In this document: piece after piece, positions 43,175 through 58,297 of the stretch
How positions within the stretch are numbered: position 1 is the stretch's first letter
How the letters are laid out: every line of letters starts with the position of its first letter
Source: Eledone cirrhosa
Lineage: Eukaryota
DNA length: 64,000 nucleotides
Reading direction: 5' to 3'
NCBI GenBank assembly: GCA_964016885.1
Contig: OZ024761.1
Coordinates: 27,900,001-27,964,000, forward strand
Made by a program: the position numbers and the translations under genes
Notes under the pieces: generated by a model
Database searches by the model: none
The model's input: the letters and a program-made list of their open reading frames with translations, nothing else
Told to the model about the DNA's origin: nothing

Positions 43175-43305
43175 TAAAATTAAAATAAAAGATTAAAATT
43201 TAAGCAAAGAATCGCTGCTTTCATCCTTAACGGGATATTCTGAAACCCTATATATTTATCCTTATCGAGCTCTCTTTGGATTTTAGTCTTCAAATTTATT
43301 ATTAT

Positions 43306-43369
<64 letters not shown>

Positions 43370-43554
43370 CACAAGAATCAAAATATATATATATATATAT
43401 ATTAGGTTTTTACCAGTAAGACCATTATTCAGCAGAGCACTCGATACTTAGGATAGTAGAGTGTAAATATATCAGAGAGTTGGGCCCGACAAAATCCACA
43501 CTTTGGAACTTGCTGTCGAAACTCCAGAGCTTAGCCTTTGGGCCCCGGACTCTG

Positions 43555-43624
<70 letters not shown>

Positions 43625-43627
<3 letters not shown>

Positions 43628-43855
43628 GACTGCCATCCTGCCACCTATGAGGCTGTGTTCCCACTAGTGCTTGAAACCCACAAGCAGTCACTAATAACAA
43701 GGGGGTGCAAGCTGTTCTACCGCGATGTCATCTTCAGAGATTCTGGTTTTGAAATCCAGGACTTGACAACGGCAATGAACGACAGACCCAGGAGGAGATC
43801 AATTGTTGAGTCGATTTCGGTTTACGTTGCCGGATGATGATGATGATGATGATGA
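43625..43855 (+). mobile_element. RTE-like LINE 3' end with (GAT)n tail
   Basis: Translates to ..FYRDVIFRDSGFEIQDLTTAMNDR..RSIV.. followed by GATGATGAT. Confidence 0.6.
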
Positions 43856-43978
43856 TATGTTTGTGTGTTTTGTGTGTGTGTGTGTGTGTGTGCGTGTTTA
43901 AGAACGCAAATATCATATATCCATATATATTTCAATAGTAATATATATATTAGGTACAGCAGTGCTATCTTGTATGAC

Positions 43979-45014
43979 ATGGTAGTATGTAGCACGTTTC
44001 AAGTAACCATGGTAGTATGTAGCACGTTTCAAGTAACCATGGTAGTATGTAGCACGTTTCAAGTAACCATGGTAGTATGTAGCACGTTTCAAGTAACCAT
44101 GGTAGTATGTAGCACGTTTCAAGTAACCATGGTAGTATGTAGCACGTTTCAAGTAACCATGGTAGTATGTAGCACGTTTCAAGTAACCATGGTAGTATGT
44201 AGCACGTTTCAAGTAACCATGGTAGTATGTAGCACGTTTCAAGTAACCATGGTAGTATGTAGCACGTTTCAAGTAACCATGGTAGTATGTAGCACGTTTC
44301 AGGTAACCATGGTAGTATGTAGCACGTTTCAAGTAACCATGGTAGTATGTAGCACGTTTCAAGTAACCATGGTAGTATGTAGACTTTCAAGTAACCATGG
44401 TAGTATGTAGACTTTCAGGTAACCATGGTAGTATGTAGACTTTCAGGTGACCATGGTAGTATGTAGACTTTCAGGTAACCATGGTAGTATGTAGACTTTC
44501 AAGTAACCATGGTAGTATGTAGACTTTCAGGTAACCATGGTAGTATGTAGACTTTCAGGTGACCATGGTAGTATGTAGACTTTCAGGTAACCATGGTAGT
44601 ATGTAGACTTTCAAGTAACCATGGTAGTATGTAGACTTTCAAGTAACCATGGTAGTATGTAGACTTTCAAGTAACCATGGTAGTATGTAGACTTTCAAGT
44701 AACCATGGTAGTATGTAGCACGTTTCAAGTAACCATGGTAGTATGTAGACTTTCAGGTAACCATGGTAGTATGTAGACTTTCAAGTAACCATGGTAGTAT
44801 GTAGACTTTCAAGTAACCATGGTAGTATGTAGACTTTCCGGTAACCATGGTAGTATGTAGACTTTCAAGTAACCATGGTAGTATGTAGACTTTCAAGTAA
44901 CCATGGTAGTATGTAGACTTTCAAGTAACCATGGTAGTATGTAGACTTTCAAGTAACCATGGTAGTATGTAGACTTTCAAGTAACCATGGTAGTATGTAG
45001 ACTTTCAGGTAACC
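43979..45014. repeat. minisatellite: 13 x 30 bp, then 22 x 28 bp with one interspersed 30-mer
   Basis: ATGGTAGTATGTAGCACGTTTCAAGTAACC (30) switching at 44369 to ATGGTAGTATGTAGACTTTCAAGTAACC (28). Confidence 0.95.
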
Positions 45015-45286
45015 ATGTAATTGTATGCTTCAGCATAGACATCATGATATGTGTGCGTTTGAGGTATTTGTTTCTGTATGTGTTTGTGTGTTTGTGTGCG
45101 TGTTTTTGTGTATGCATTCCTGCGTGTATGCATATTTGTGTGAGTGTGTGTGTGTGTGGGCGTATGTGTGAGTGTATGTAAATTCATGTTTAAAGCAATG
45201 TAACATTTTCGTATGTACAATGTTAATGTAGCCTATTGACTCCTATTTGCATAATGACTGTGTATACACACACACACACGCATATA

Positions 45287-45333
<47 letters not shown>

Positions 45334-45356
45334 GTATATAAATACGTATATATACA

Positions 45357-45434
<78 letters not shown>

Positions 45435-45802
45435 TGGCTAAATATATATAAATATATAGCTATATGAATATATATATAAATATATATACGTATATACATA
45501 TATGGTTAAATATATATAAATATATATCTATATGAATATATATATAAATATATATACGTATATACATGCATATATGTATATATATACATTGTGTATTGTA
45601 TGTTTATAAGTTGTGTAAGGGAGAAACGGTGGTAAAGCCTGGCCAACAGACAGACGTGATATTACTTCGTCTGCACATTTTCAAATATGTCTCCTGTTTT
45701 TACTGTCTGTAGGTGTTCATAAGCTTCCATGCCTGTCTTTTAGCAATGTGTATATATCTGACTAGGATATCTATGTTTATTATTCCTATCTCATCTCTTC
45801 CA

Positions 45803-45859
<57 letters not shown>

Positions 45860-45916
45860 ATATATATATACATATATTTCTATTTCTATTTATATATATA
45901 TATATGTGTGTGTGTA

Positions 45917-45959
<43 letters not shown>

Positions 45960-45994
45960 GGTAATATATATATATATATATATATGTGTGGGTA

Positions 45995-46092
<98 letters not shown>

Positions 46093-46709
46093 ATGTATAT
46101 ATATATATGTGTAATTATATATATATATATATATATGTCTATGTATATATACATATATGTCTGTGTATTTGTACATATACATATATGTGTGTGTAATGTA
46201 TATATACAGATATGTGTGTGTCTATGTATATATATATACACACACATATATATATATACGTGTGTGTGTGTGTGAGTGTGAGTATGTATATATATATATG
46301 GGGGTGGCGGTTTATGAATAGACTTCTATGGCTGTTATTTTTCTCTATATTACTTCATATATTAAATACATTATTTGTGTTGTTAGGTCTTATCTAACAC
46401 CTTTTATAGTATTTTCTATTCCTCTTCCTTATTTTCTTTCTTTCTTATACATTTTCAATTTAGAATTTCATATACGATTTATCCCTTTCACCTATTTTTC
46501 CTCCCACCCCCTCTCTCCCCGCCTCTCTTTCTGTCTCTGTTTCTTTCTCTTTCTCTCTCTTTCACATTATATTCTCTGAATGAATTTTAGGCTCTCTCAT
46601 TCTCTTTGTCTCTCATTCTCTACTTCTCATTCATTCGCTTACTAACTTTCTCTCTTTCAGTCTCTCTCTCTACACACGCATATATATATAGGTTTCATAT
46701 GTATCTGTG

Positions 46710-46853
<144 letters not shown>

Positions 46854-46955
46854 CGTATGTATGTATGAGTCTATATAAAAATATATGTATATATATTTCT
46901 GTATCTGTATATATATAGAGATGTATTTCTGTATCTGTATATATATATATATATA

Positions 46956-46995
<40 letters not shown>

Positions 46996-47673
46996 TATAT
47001 ATGTTTTTCACACTGCCTCACTCGCTCTCTTCCAATTTTCATCTATCTTTTCTATCTTTTCTGTTAGTATTTTACTATTCAATATTAAGATGTCATATAT
47101 GTCGTACACTTCTCAACATTAATATCTTATAATATTCATTGTTATCCTTTCTACTTTTCTTCAATTCAGACATTTTGCTTTCCCTCTCGCTAAGTCGTAC
47201 GTCTTATTCCATGCAAAGATTTTCCACCATGAATTTCTTGTGCGTTCGTTTTCCTATAAAGGTTTCAGAAATTTTGTGTCTTCCAGTTTGTTAATCGATT
47301 GTATTGGTATCACAGCTTGCTTCAGTCTCTTTGGTGTGTTTTGTTTTATTTCATTCTATTTTATTTTATTTTATATTATTGTAACAGTCTTTATTTTGTC
47401 AAATGGATACGTTACCAATTGATGTATGCTGGTTGCCATACGACACACGCTTTCATATCGGTAGCACGACAAAGACTTTCACATAGACACAGATGCACAC
47501 TCAGGTCCACTTTGCACTCACATACATACATACAGACACACAGAGATCCATAGATATCCACCTGCACACACACCACACATAGACGCAAGGACACGTATAT
47601 ACGTATATGTGTGTGTATTTATGTATGTATGTATCTATGTACATATGTATATTTATATATATATATGTGCGTG

Positions 47674-47751
<78 letters not shown>

Positions 47752-49005
47752 AATATCTTTAAGTCGTTTGGAAGCCCCGACAATGCAAATGGGTAAATCT
47801 CCGGGTAACAAGATCCGGTGGTGGAGAGAGAGATGTAAGTGGGTGTACGTTGAGATGCGTGGTGTGTATAAGATGTGTAAATGTGTAGAAGAAAGAAGGG
47901 AAGAGTATAAATGATAAAATAAAAATAACAACACAAGAGAAAGTTACCTTGGGAGAGATTTAATAGTCCCTATATATTTCGGATTCACATCCATCAACTG
48001 GGTTTTTTTTCCGGGGTAAAGGTTGTCTGTCGGACAGGTGCGAAACGCGTCCTCCGCTGTTTGTTGTTTTGAATATAAACAAATAAACAACCGATTAGAG
48101 AGAAGCGAAATGAGATGGCTGGTCCAAGTTAACAAACGATGTATATATATATATATATTTTTTTTTATTTATATGCTCAAAATATACGTTATATAAATAC
48201 TATATATTATGTTGTTACTGTATGTCACCATTGATATCGTATCTCATTTATTCCTTCTGAATAAACTTGAATACAGTGAAAGACAATACCATAGTCAGAA
48301 ACGACGAAACAATTGTGAACACAACGCTCTAACCATTAAGCTACGCACATACACCACTGTGACCATCATATCTACTGTAACGCCGTCTGTCTATACCATT
48401 ATTACCACCCTGAAGTAATCCACAGAATAAACTGGTTTTAATAACATTACACTAGTCAATTTAAACTACTTTTCTGAACCATATGTATACATAGATACAT
48501 ACGTATATACATACATACATACATACATACATACATACATACATACATACATACATACATACATACATACATACATACAAACATACATACATACACACAT
48601 GTATACATATATACTTACATACATACACACTTACATGCATAAATATATGCATACTTACTTAGATACATACATATATATATATATACTTACATACATATAG
48701 AACATATTTTCGTACATACACACCTACACGCACATATATGTGTTTATATCTATATCTATCTATTTATCTATCTATCTATATATATGTATATATATGTATA
48801 TATATATATAATATATATAATATATATATATATATAATATATATAATATATATATATATAATATATATGTATAATATATATAATATACATATAAATATAT
48901 ATATACATATATATATAATATATATAATATATATATAATATATATATATATGTAATATATAATATATAATATATATAATATATATATATTATATATATAT
49001 ATAAT

Positions 49006-49038
<33 letters not shown>

Positions 49039-49167
49039 CACACACAATATTTATCGAGTCATTTCTACATTTGTATATGTTTTTACTAGTATATATATAT
49101 ATGTATCCAAACATTCACACGCTCTCACACATATATGTTCATGCTATATATATATATACATTATATT

Positions 49168-49207
<40 letters not shown>

Positions 49208-49229
49208 CATTATATTTATATATATATAC

Positions 49230-49260
<31 letters not shown>

Positions 49261-49269
49261 CATTATATT

Positions 49270-49305
<36 letters not shown>

Positions 49306-49382
49306 AATTATATTTATATATATATACATATATATACATTATATTTATATATATATACATATATATAAATATATATATATAT

Positions 49383-50432
49383 ATATTGTTATACTTTGGG
49401 AGGGTCATGTTGCCAATAAGAAACACCCGCACCAGATGCTTTCACTTCAATTTATTATATATTTATAAATTTCTGGTTGGTTGGTTGGTTCCACAACCAG
49501 ATAGTTGTTTATATATAGTCATAGTCCTTTCGTCACACACTCTGTGACCTCTTCAGTGACTGGGGATTCCTTTTTTTTTTTTTGTTTCTGTGCCTCTCCT
49601 TTGTTCTGTCCCCATGTTAACTGTAAAACTAGAAATGTAGTGTATAGCATAAGATGTACTGAAGGACAATGTAGAAACAAAAATATAGTGTACATAGGTG
49701 AGACAGCTCGTAGTATAGGGGAACGGATAAATGAACACTGGCGAGACCTTCAAAATAATAAAGAATCATCTGTACTCTACCAACATGCTAAGATAGAACA
49801 CAAGGGTAAATTAGAGAACATAGAAATAAAAATAGAATCTACACACAGAAAAGATACAATGTTTAGACAAATTACGGAGGCAATAAACATAAAAGAATTA
49901 CAACCAAAATTAAATAGAAAATATGAGTGGAACAGCAACATCACAACTTACAATTAAGGACAAAATGAAAACACACACACACATAGAACAAACAACCAAC
50001 CAATAACATGTAAATAAATAAATAAATAAACAAATAGATAAATGAACATAAACACACACAGACACCCGGATGTGGCGCATGCGCAGAGTGAGCACACAAC
50101 ACACACACAGAAACAAAATGGCGTAGGACAGAACAAAGGAGAGGCACAGAAACAAAGAAAGGAATCCCCAGTCACTGAAGAGATCACAGAGTGTGTGACG
50201 AAAGAACTATGACTATATATAAACAACTATCTGGTTGTGGTACCAACCAACCAACCAACCAGAAATTTATAAATTTATAAATTTATAAATTTATAAATAT
50301 ATAATAAATTGAAGTGAAAGCATTTGGTGCGTGTGTTTCTTATTGGCAACATGACCCTCCCAAAGTATAACAATATCGGTTTCAACACACGATTTCAGAT
50401 AAAGAATCTTGCTAAACAAATTCAGAAACGAA
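49383..50432 (+). mobile_element. 5'-truncated PLE: inverted pLTR (49383-49610), GIY-YIG fragment (about 49612-49957), 3' pLTR
   Basis: CKTRNVVYSIRCTEGQC..VYIGETARSIGERINEH..ITEAINIKELQPKLN; pLTR in both orientations; (TA)n flanks. Confidence 0.9.
50170..50214 (+). ncRNA. minimal type I hammerhead in PLE pLTR (also minus strand 49517-49561 and 55637-55680)
   Basis: AGTCA-CTGAAGA-G-(G/A)TCAC..GTGAC-GAAA-GAAC-TA-TGACT. Confidence 0.75.
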
Positions 50433-50492
50433 ATATATATATATATATATATATACATTATATTTATATATATATACATATATATAAATATT

Positions 50493-50527
<35 letters not shown>

Positions 50528-50533
50528 ATACAC

Positions 50534-50608
<75 letters not shown>

Positions 50609-50751
50609 GACACATGTTTATATATATATATATACGTATATATGATTAAGTTGTTCGCTTCAACATACCGTATGTCTAAACATACCGTATATCATCAGAT
50701 ATGCAAAATACACACGTACCACGCACACACACATACACAAATATCTACCTA

Positions 50752-50785
<34 letters not shown>

Positions 50786-50786
50786 C

Positions 50787-50858
<72 letters not shown>

Positions 50859-51262
50859 CATCCATGCCACTCACGTTTATACCCGGAAAGTTGCTTAATT
50901 GTTCGATAATCGGATTGTTCCTTTATCTTGACTTTATATAACTTTATACAGAAGATTTTATGTTCTTTATGCATGACCCTCCAGCACTCTTTACCAAATT
51001 ACTACTGACCCTCTAGCGCCCTACACTAAATCAAATTCTTAGAAAGATGTACCGCTAGATTCAGTAGATTCCTAATTCTCTTCCATTCTTCTTCAATTTT
51101 CACCCTTTTATTTTCTTTCTTTTAAGTAAACTACAAAGAAAAAAATACGAAAAGAAAACAGATATATATATATATGTGTGTGTTTTGTGTGTATATGTCT
51201 GTATATATATATGTATATCTGTGTAAATATGTGCATATGTATATATTGGTAAATGCGTATGT

Positions 51263-51339
<77 letters not shown>

Positions 51340-51369
51340 CATATTTACATAGATATGTATATATATATA

Positions 51370-51422
<53 letters not shown>

Positions 51423-52181
51423 ATATATAATTACACACACATACATACACGCACAACATAAATGTAGTGAAAAGAGTTGCAACAAATTCAGTTCGTTCAA
51501 AAATCTAATTATTTGTCATTTCCTTGAGAAGACTTTACTTATTGTCATTATTACGATTATCTTTAGTATTATTAATGTTATTTTAGTACATTTAATGTTG
51601 TTGGTGGTGTGGGGTAGAGCGGTTTGTGCTGGGCTGCTGGCAAAGGTGTGTGTATGCCTACGTTAACATTTTTGTTTACTTCTGTACAATAAACATGCCC
51701 TGAATTAGAGCATATATATATATATATATATATATGTATAATAAAGGTTTAGCAAATAAGGAAAAGTTTTAAAATGTTCACTGTACCTGCTGTAATTACC
51801 CTTATCGTACGGTTTCAAGTCTCAAAATAAATGGATAATGAATGCGGAAATCCATTGAAAAGAAAGACTTTTGTCAGAGGGTTCTTTTCGCTCGGAGAAT
51901 ATAAAATTCCCGAGTTCAAAACACGAACTGGCGCCATACAGAACTGTTCCCGAGATGAGAGTGTACGATGAAGAAGCAATTCTGTCTAGTGCCGTGTGCA
52001 AAGATAGAAGGCAGGGGCGGAAAGGTCAATGTACTGCCACTAGAAATAGCAGCAATTAAAACGACCAAAATGTTATCTCGACCAGGGGAGATTAATAATA
52101 ATAAAGTATGTATCCCTACATGCAAAATGCATATAGGGAGACATGTATTATCTAACAGTATGCCAATGTGGTTCTATGGCA

Positions 52182-52223
<42 letters not shown>

Positions 52224-52256
52224 TGTATATACATATATTACATATATATAAATATA

Positions 52257-52364
<108 letters not shown>

Positions 52365-52400
52365 GTGTATATAGATATATAAATATATATAAATATAATA

Positions 52401-52444
<44 letters not shown>

Positions 52445-52803
52445 GTGTATATAGATATGTAAATATATATATATAATATATGTATATATATATATATTAT
52501 ATATATATATATATATATTTATATTATATTTATATTATATATATTTGTAATATTTTATATATATATAATTATATATATATATATATATATAAATATAATT
52601 ATATATATAAATATATTTACAGTTCAAGAGTAACCAATCTTAAAGAGACAGATGGAGATAGGAGAGGAGTTAGGAGAGGAGAGATTGGTGAATTAGTTAG
52701 AAGCCAAAGCGTAAAGGCATGTGCTCAATGTGCAATATGCAGTGGAAAGCAGCTAGGTGGCTGGGTTCATGCAGAGGTTAGGTGCACAGAGCTGGAAATA
52801 TTA

Positions 52804-53700
52804 ATTAGTTAAGCAAAACAAGACCACAAATTTCACAAGGAAGGCATTATTAAAAGATTGTCAACATATTTTAGTTTGATGTAAGGAATGTAGAGAATAA
52901 TAATAATAATATTAATAATAATTGTTTCTAATTTAGGCATAATAATAATATTAATAATAATAATTGTTTCTACTATTGGCACAAGGCCAGCAATTACCCA
53001 GTACATTACTGGTACTTTATTTTATCGACCCCGTAAGGATGAAAGGCAAAGTTAACCCCAGCGGGATTTGAACTCAGAATGGCAAGAGCCGTAACTCTAT
53101 GCGTCAAAGCATGGCGTCCGACCCTCTACCGATACTGCCAATTCACCGCCCTAAAATAATTAACATAGGTAAAGATAGAGCAGCTCATCGGAACTTCAAA
53201 AAGAATATAAATTGATTTATATTCTTTTGAAGTTCCGATGAGCTGCTCTTTTTTTTCCCTATGTTAATTATTTTCAACTGAACCAGATCAATAATGATAT
53301 ATAATCATTTGATCCAGAAATATTATATGGAGTAGCGAAACAATTGTAAACGGACATTATTATTATTAATAATAAAATGGGCCGTGGATTGGTAAGGGGC
53401 GGTGGATTGGCAGTATCGGTAGAGGGTCGGGCGCCATGCTATCCAGCATAGTTACGTCCCTTTACGGTCTGAGTTCAAATCCCGCCGAGGTTAACTTTGC
53501 CTTTCATCCTTACGGGGTCGATAAAATAAAGTACCAGTAATACACTGGGTAATTGCTGGCCTTGTGCCTAACGTAGAAACAATTATTATTAATATTATTA
53601 TTATTATTCTCTACATTCCTTACATCAAGTTAAAATATGTTGACAATCGTTTAATAATGCCTTCCTTGTGAAATTTGTGGTCTTGTTTAGCGTAACTAAT
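52804..53700. repeat. large inverted repeat containing two opposed family-1 SINEs (52963-53152 minus; 53395-53582 plus) and an inner hairpin (53153-53274)
   Basis: About 125 bp of SINE-flanking sequence is inverted-duplicated at both ends. Confidence 0.8.
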
Positions 53701-53962
53701 GAATATATGTATTTACGCCGCCTGACCATTTCAATGTACACTTGCCGTTTCTACGTATATTCCTGAACGTCTTAGCCATCGCTGGCTTTCCTGTTACCTC
53801 ACTTCCTCTCTGTCAGGTCTTGAGACGTACTCACCATTCAAAAGAATATACCAACATCTGTTTTCTTTCCAACATTCGACCGTTTTGCTTTGATTTTAAC
53901 TACAATCTCTTTTATCAAAGTACAAACACGCCCACAAACACACATATATATATATATACATA

Positions 53963-54026
<64 letters not shown>

Positions 54027-54064
54027 ATATATATATATATATGTAATATATATATATATATGTA

Positions 54065-54125
<61 letters not shown>

Positions 54126-54137
54126 TATATATATGTA

Positions 54138-54218
<81 letters not shown>

Positions 54219-54227
54219 GTACATATG

Positions 54228-54427
54228 TCAATTCCTTTGGGAGCCCCTACATGGACACACTGGAAGTGGAAGACCGACCAAGGTTAACGTATGTTGATGC
54301 CCTAAGGACAGACACGGGTCTGTTGGAGACGCAGGACATGGCAGCGATAATGAGGGACAGAGACCGCTGGAGAGAACTCGTCCATGGATCTCGGGAATTT
54401 TACCCGCCTTAGATAGATAGATAGATA
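54228..54427 (+). mobile_element. RTE-like LINE 3' end with (TAGA)n tail
   Basis: [10 protein letters not shown](frameshift)[26 protein letters not shown], then TAGATAGATAG. Confidence 0.7.
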
Positions 54428-54569
<142 letters not shown>

Positions 54570-54723
54570 TACATATATATGTATATATATATGTGTGTAC
54601 AGAGTTACAGTAGTATGTATATATATATATATATATATACATATATATGTATATATATATGTGTGTACAGAGTTACAGTAGTATGTATATATATATATAT
54701 ATACATATATATGTATATATATA

Positions 54724-54754
<31 letters not shown>

Positions 54755-54758
54755 GTAT

Positions 54759-54988
54759 ATATATATGTGTGTACAGAGTTACAGTAGTATGTGTATATAT
54801 ATACATACATGCACACATATATATATGTACGTATGGGTTTACCGAACATTTATTACAATGTTCGGTTTGTTTGCTTACAAACCGAACATTATAATAAATG
54901 CTCGGTAAACCCATACGTACATATATATATGTGTGCATGTATGTATATATATACACATACTACTGTAACTCTGTACACACATATATAT
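54759..54988. repeat. palindrome with nested hairpins
   Basis: Arms centred near 54873, each containing ACCGAACATT..AATG(T/C)TCGGT. Confidence 0.85.
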
Positions 54989-55124
54989 GTGTGTGTGTGC
55001 ATGTATGTATATATATATATACTACTGTACGGCTGTACACATATATGTATGTACGTATACATACTTATATTTAGGTATCAGCCGTACTAAGAGTGAGAAA
55101 TGAAATTTCGTTTCCTTCTTTTGC

Positions 55125-55160
<36 letters not shown>

Positions 55161-55398
55161 AATTCACATATATGTGTATATATAATAATTTATTTAAATA
55201 TATATATAATAATAATAATATATATATACATACATATTCATATATATATATATATATATATGGATATATATATTTAAATAAATTATTATGTATACACTTT
55301 TTAAAAAATACTCCAGTTGCATTTTCGATTTATTTTCGTTATACTTTCACTCGTGTAGGTCATCTCGTTTTTCCTCATTTAAAAAAACCACATTTTCG

Positions 55399-55427
<29 letters not shown>

Positions 55428-55429
<2 letters not shown>

Positions 55430-55938
55430 CGTTTCTGAATTTGTTTAGCAAGATTCTTTATCTGAAATCGTGTGTTGAAACCGATATTGTTATACTTTGG
55501 GAGGGTCATGTTGCCAATAAGAAACACACGCACCAATTGCTTTCACTTCAATTTATTATAATAAATTTATAATAAATTTATATATTTCTGGTTGGTTGGT
55601 TGGTTGGTTCCAGAACCAGATAGTTGTTTATATATTGTCATAGTTCTTTCGTCACACACTCTGTGACCTCTTCAGTGACTGGGGATTCCTTTCTTTGTTT
55701 CTGTGCCTTTCCTTTGTTCTGTCCTACGCCATTTTGTTTCTGTGTGTGTGTTGTGTGCTCAGTCTGCGAAAGAACTATGACAATATATAAACAACTATCT
55801 GGTTGTGGAACCAACCAACTAACCATAAATTTATAAATTTATAAATTTATTATAAATTGATTATAATAAATTGAAGTGAAAGCAACAGGTGCGTGTGTTT
55901 CTTATTGGCAACATGACCCTCCCAAAGTATAACAATAT
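55428..55938. mobile_element. solo inverted pLTR pair of the 49.4 kb PLE family
   Basis: Near-identical to 49383-49610 and 50085-50432; outer inverted arms 55484-55938. Confidence 0.85.
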
Positions 55939-56047
55939 ATATATATAGTAATAATAAAAGTGACGACTAAAATCCGAAGAGTGCTCGATAAGTATTATAT
56001 ATATATATATATATTCTTTACAGCGAATTGTTATTCTTCAACCTAGA

Positions 56048-56179
56048 GTTACGCCCCTTTATAGTCTGAGTTTAAATCCCGCCCAGGTTCACTTTGCCTT
56101 CAATCCTTACGGGGTCGATAAAACAAAGTACCAGTAATGTACAGGAATAATTGCTGGCCTTGTGCTAAAAGTAGAAACA
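56048..56179 (+). mobile_element. 5'-truncated family-1 SINE
   Basis: B-box-like GAGTTTAAATCCCGCC and conserved 3' body. Confidence 0.75.
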
Positions 56180-56329
56180 TTTATATTTTCATGGTAAAGA
56201 ATTTAAAAGATATTTTCATGGTAAAGGATTTAAAAAATCATTATCTCACATAATATCGTATCTATGAGATTGTGATAATATTTAGTTTGAGAACTATAAC
56301 TTAACGTCAGCATGAGCAGCCAGTTACGG

Positions 56330-56397
56330 CCGGTTTGAACAGGCAAAGATGAGGGAATGCTGGCCGGATTCGGCCGATTTAAATGCCAAAGGGTTAA
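56330..56397 (-). mobile_element. possible piggyBac-like MITE terminus
   Basis: Reverse complement begins TTAACCCTTTGGCATTTAAATCGGCC; no matching other end identified. Confidence 0.35.
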
Positions 56398-57071
56398 ATA
56401 ACTCTTGGACAAGGTTAGACCTCATTGTCGATTAACAGACTCGGTAGAGCGACACACATTACCATTGCATTAAGAACTGCACTGTTTATTCAGAAAGATA
56501 TAGACGTAAACATTCAAACTAGACTTGTATTTCTTCCTGTCTACATTCTATGACTACATCAATTTTCTGCAGAAATACCAGTACAATTAAAGGTTATATT
56601 ATTGGAAATAATTCTGCTTTGATTTCAGGTAAAACTTAAATCTTTCTTCTCATATATATTTAATCTATTCCCATTAGCATTACCATGGCTTTTTAAAATC
56701 GGTGTTTTTCATATTTAACAACGCTTCGAGCAAGTGCAAAGATCTTTGCCCTCTGTCTTCCCTCTTTCTTTCTCCCTTTCATTCTCACTCATTCTTTCTC
56801 TCTCCCTCTCCCTCTCCCCCCTCTCTCTCTTACGACGTAAACACTCACACATACACGTGCGTGTATGTGTGTGTGTGTGTGTGTGTAAGTGTGTGTTTGT
56901 ATGTGGAGATATGTTAACGTACGGAGATGCGAGGATTCGTTTGTAAACATATATGCATTAAGTATAGATGTGCGTGTGTATAGACATATACACACACGCG
57001 CACACACACACACACATACATATACATAGATGCATACACACAAACATACATAGATACATATATGTATACAT

Positions 57072-57122
<51 letters not shown>

Positions 57123-57888
57123 TATAGTAATAATAATAAATTTGAAGACTAAAATCCAAAGAGGGCTCGATAAGGATAAATATATATCAAATATATAAGA
57201 ACCGTAGAGCAAATATTTATTAAAATAACAGATTAAAGTTTAAGCAAAGAATCGCTGCTTTCACCCTTAACGGGATCTTCTGAAACTAACAAAGTCAATC
57301 TGTAAACGCAGAAGTGGATATTTCAAAAAATATTGCAACCGGAGGAAGACAGGCAGACGATATTTGGTTTGTGGAAACGTTTCCTGGCAAAGAACGGGGA
57401 AAAAACGAATATTATACGTCATTAATAGGAGCGGTGAAAAACAATTACACGCAAAGACAGAATCACGTTTATGGTATATAAGACGTCGTAGACTAATGTT
57501 CTCTTAGGTGGTTCATAGAGACGTTCTCTGGCAATGAACGGAAAAAAACGAAGATAATGCGTCATATGTGGAGCGTGGAGAACAATTGCACGCAAATATA
57601 TATATATACGATAAAGTATGTCCATAGAATCATTTGATAAAGTATATACATTATTTCCTCTCCCAATCAGCATAATGAACCACACACAAAAAAAAAATTA
57701 AACAGGGCTATAAGATTAAAAGGCACCTATGAAGAAACAATAGATAAATAAACGATAGCTATCTATTCGCGATCAACAGCCATAGTACTATTTCATAAAA
57801 TATGTACATTATTTCCTCATCTAATCACCATAATCAACCACACAAAAAAACAATTAAACAGGGCTCTAAGATTAAAAGGCACCATATA

Positions 57889-57958
<70 letters not shown>

Positions 57959-58051
57959 GAGAAATTTGCATATGGAAACCTAAATATGTGTCTCAATATG
58001 CACATACATATACGCATGTATAAACATACTTCTGTATGTATACACACACGC

Positions 58052-58118
<67 letters not shown>

Positions 58119-58120
<2 letters not shown>

Positions 58121-58297
58121 ATTCCGGGTTGAATCGGAGGTAACCACAGTAAGTAAGGTACTCAATACATTGCAGAGTATAAAAGTTTTAATATAGATGA
58201 GATTCTACAGGACTAGAACTGTTTCATTCTTTAGAAATAATCAGGAATCCCTGATGATTTCTAAAGAATGAAACAGTTCTAGTCCTGTAGAATCTCA

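Noticed and set aside
43979-45014. CRISPR-like 28-30 bp repeats and the MVVCSTFQVT repeat ORF
   Set aside because: No spacers, no cas genes, eukaryotic context; the frame is lost when the unit becomes 28 bp
48022-48052. GAAACGCGTC hammerhead 3' half
   Set aside because: No CUGANGA core or stem I partner found upstream
57248-57286. CAGAAGA-TCCC..GGGT-GAAA motif on minus strand (also near 43215-43245)
   Set aside because: Altered core and no UH cleavage triplet or stem I
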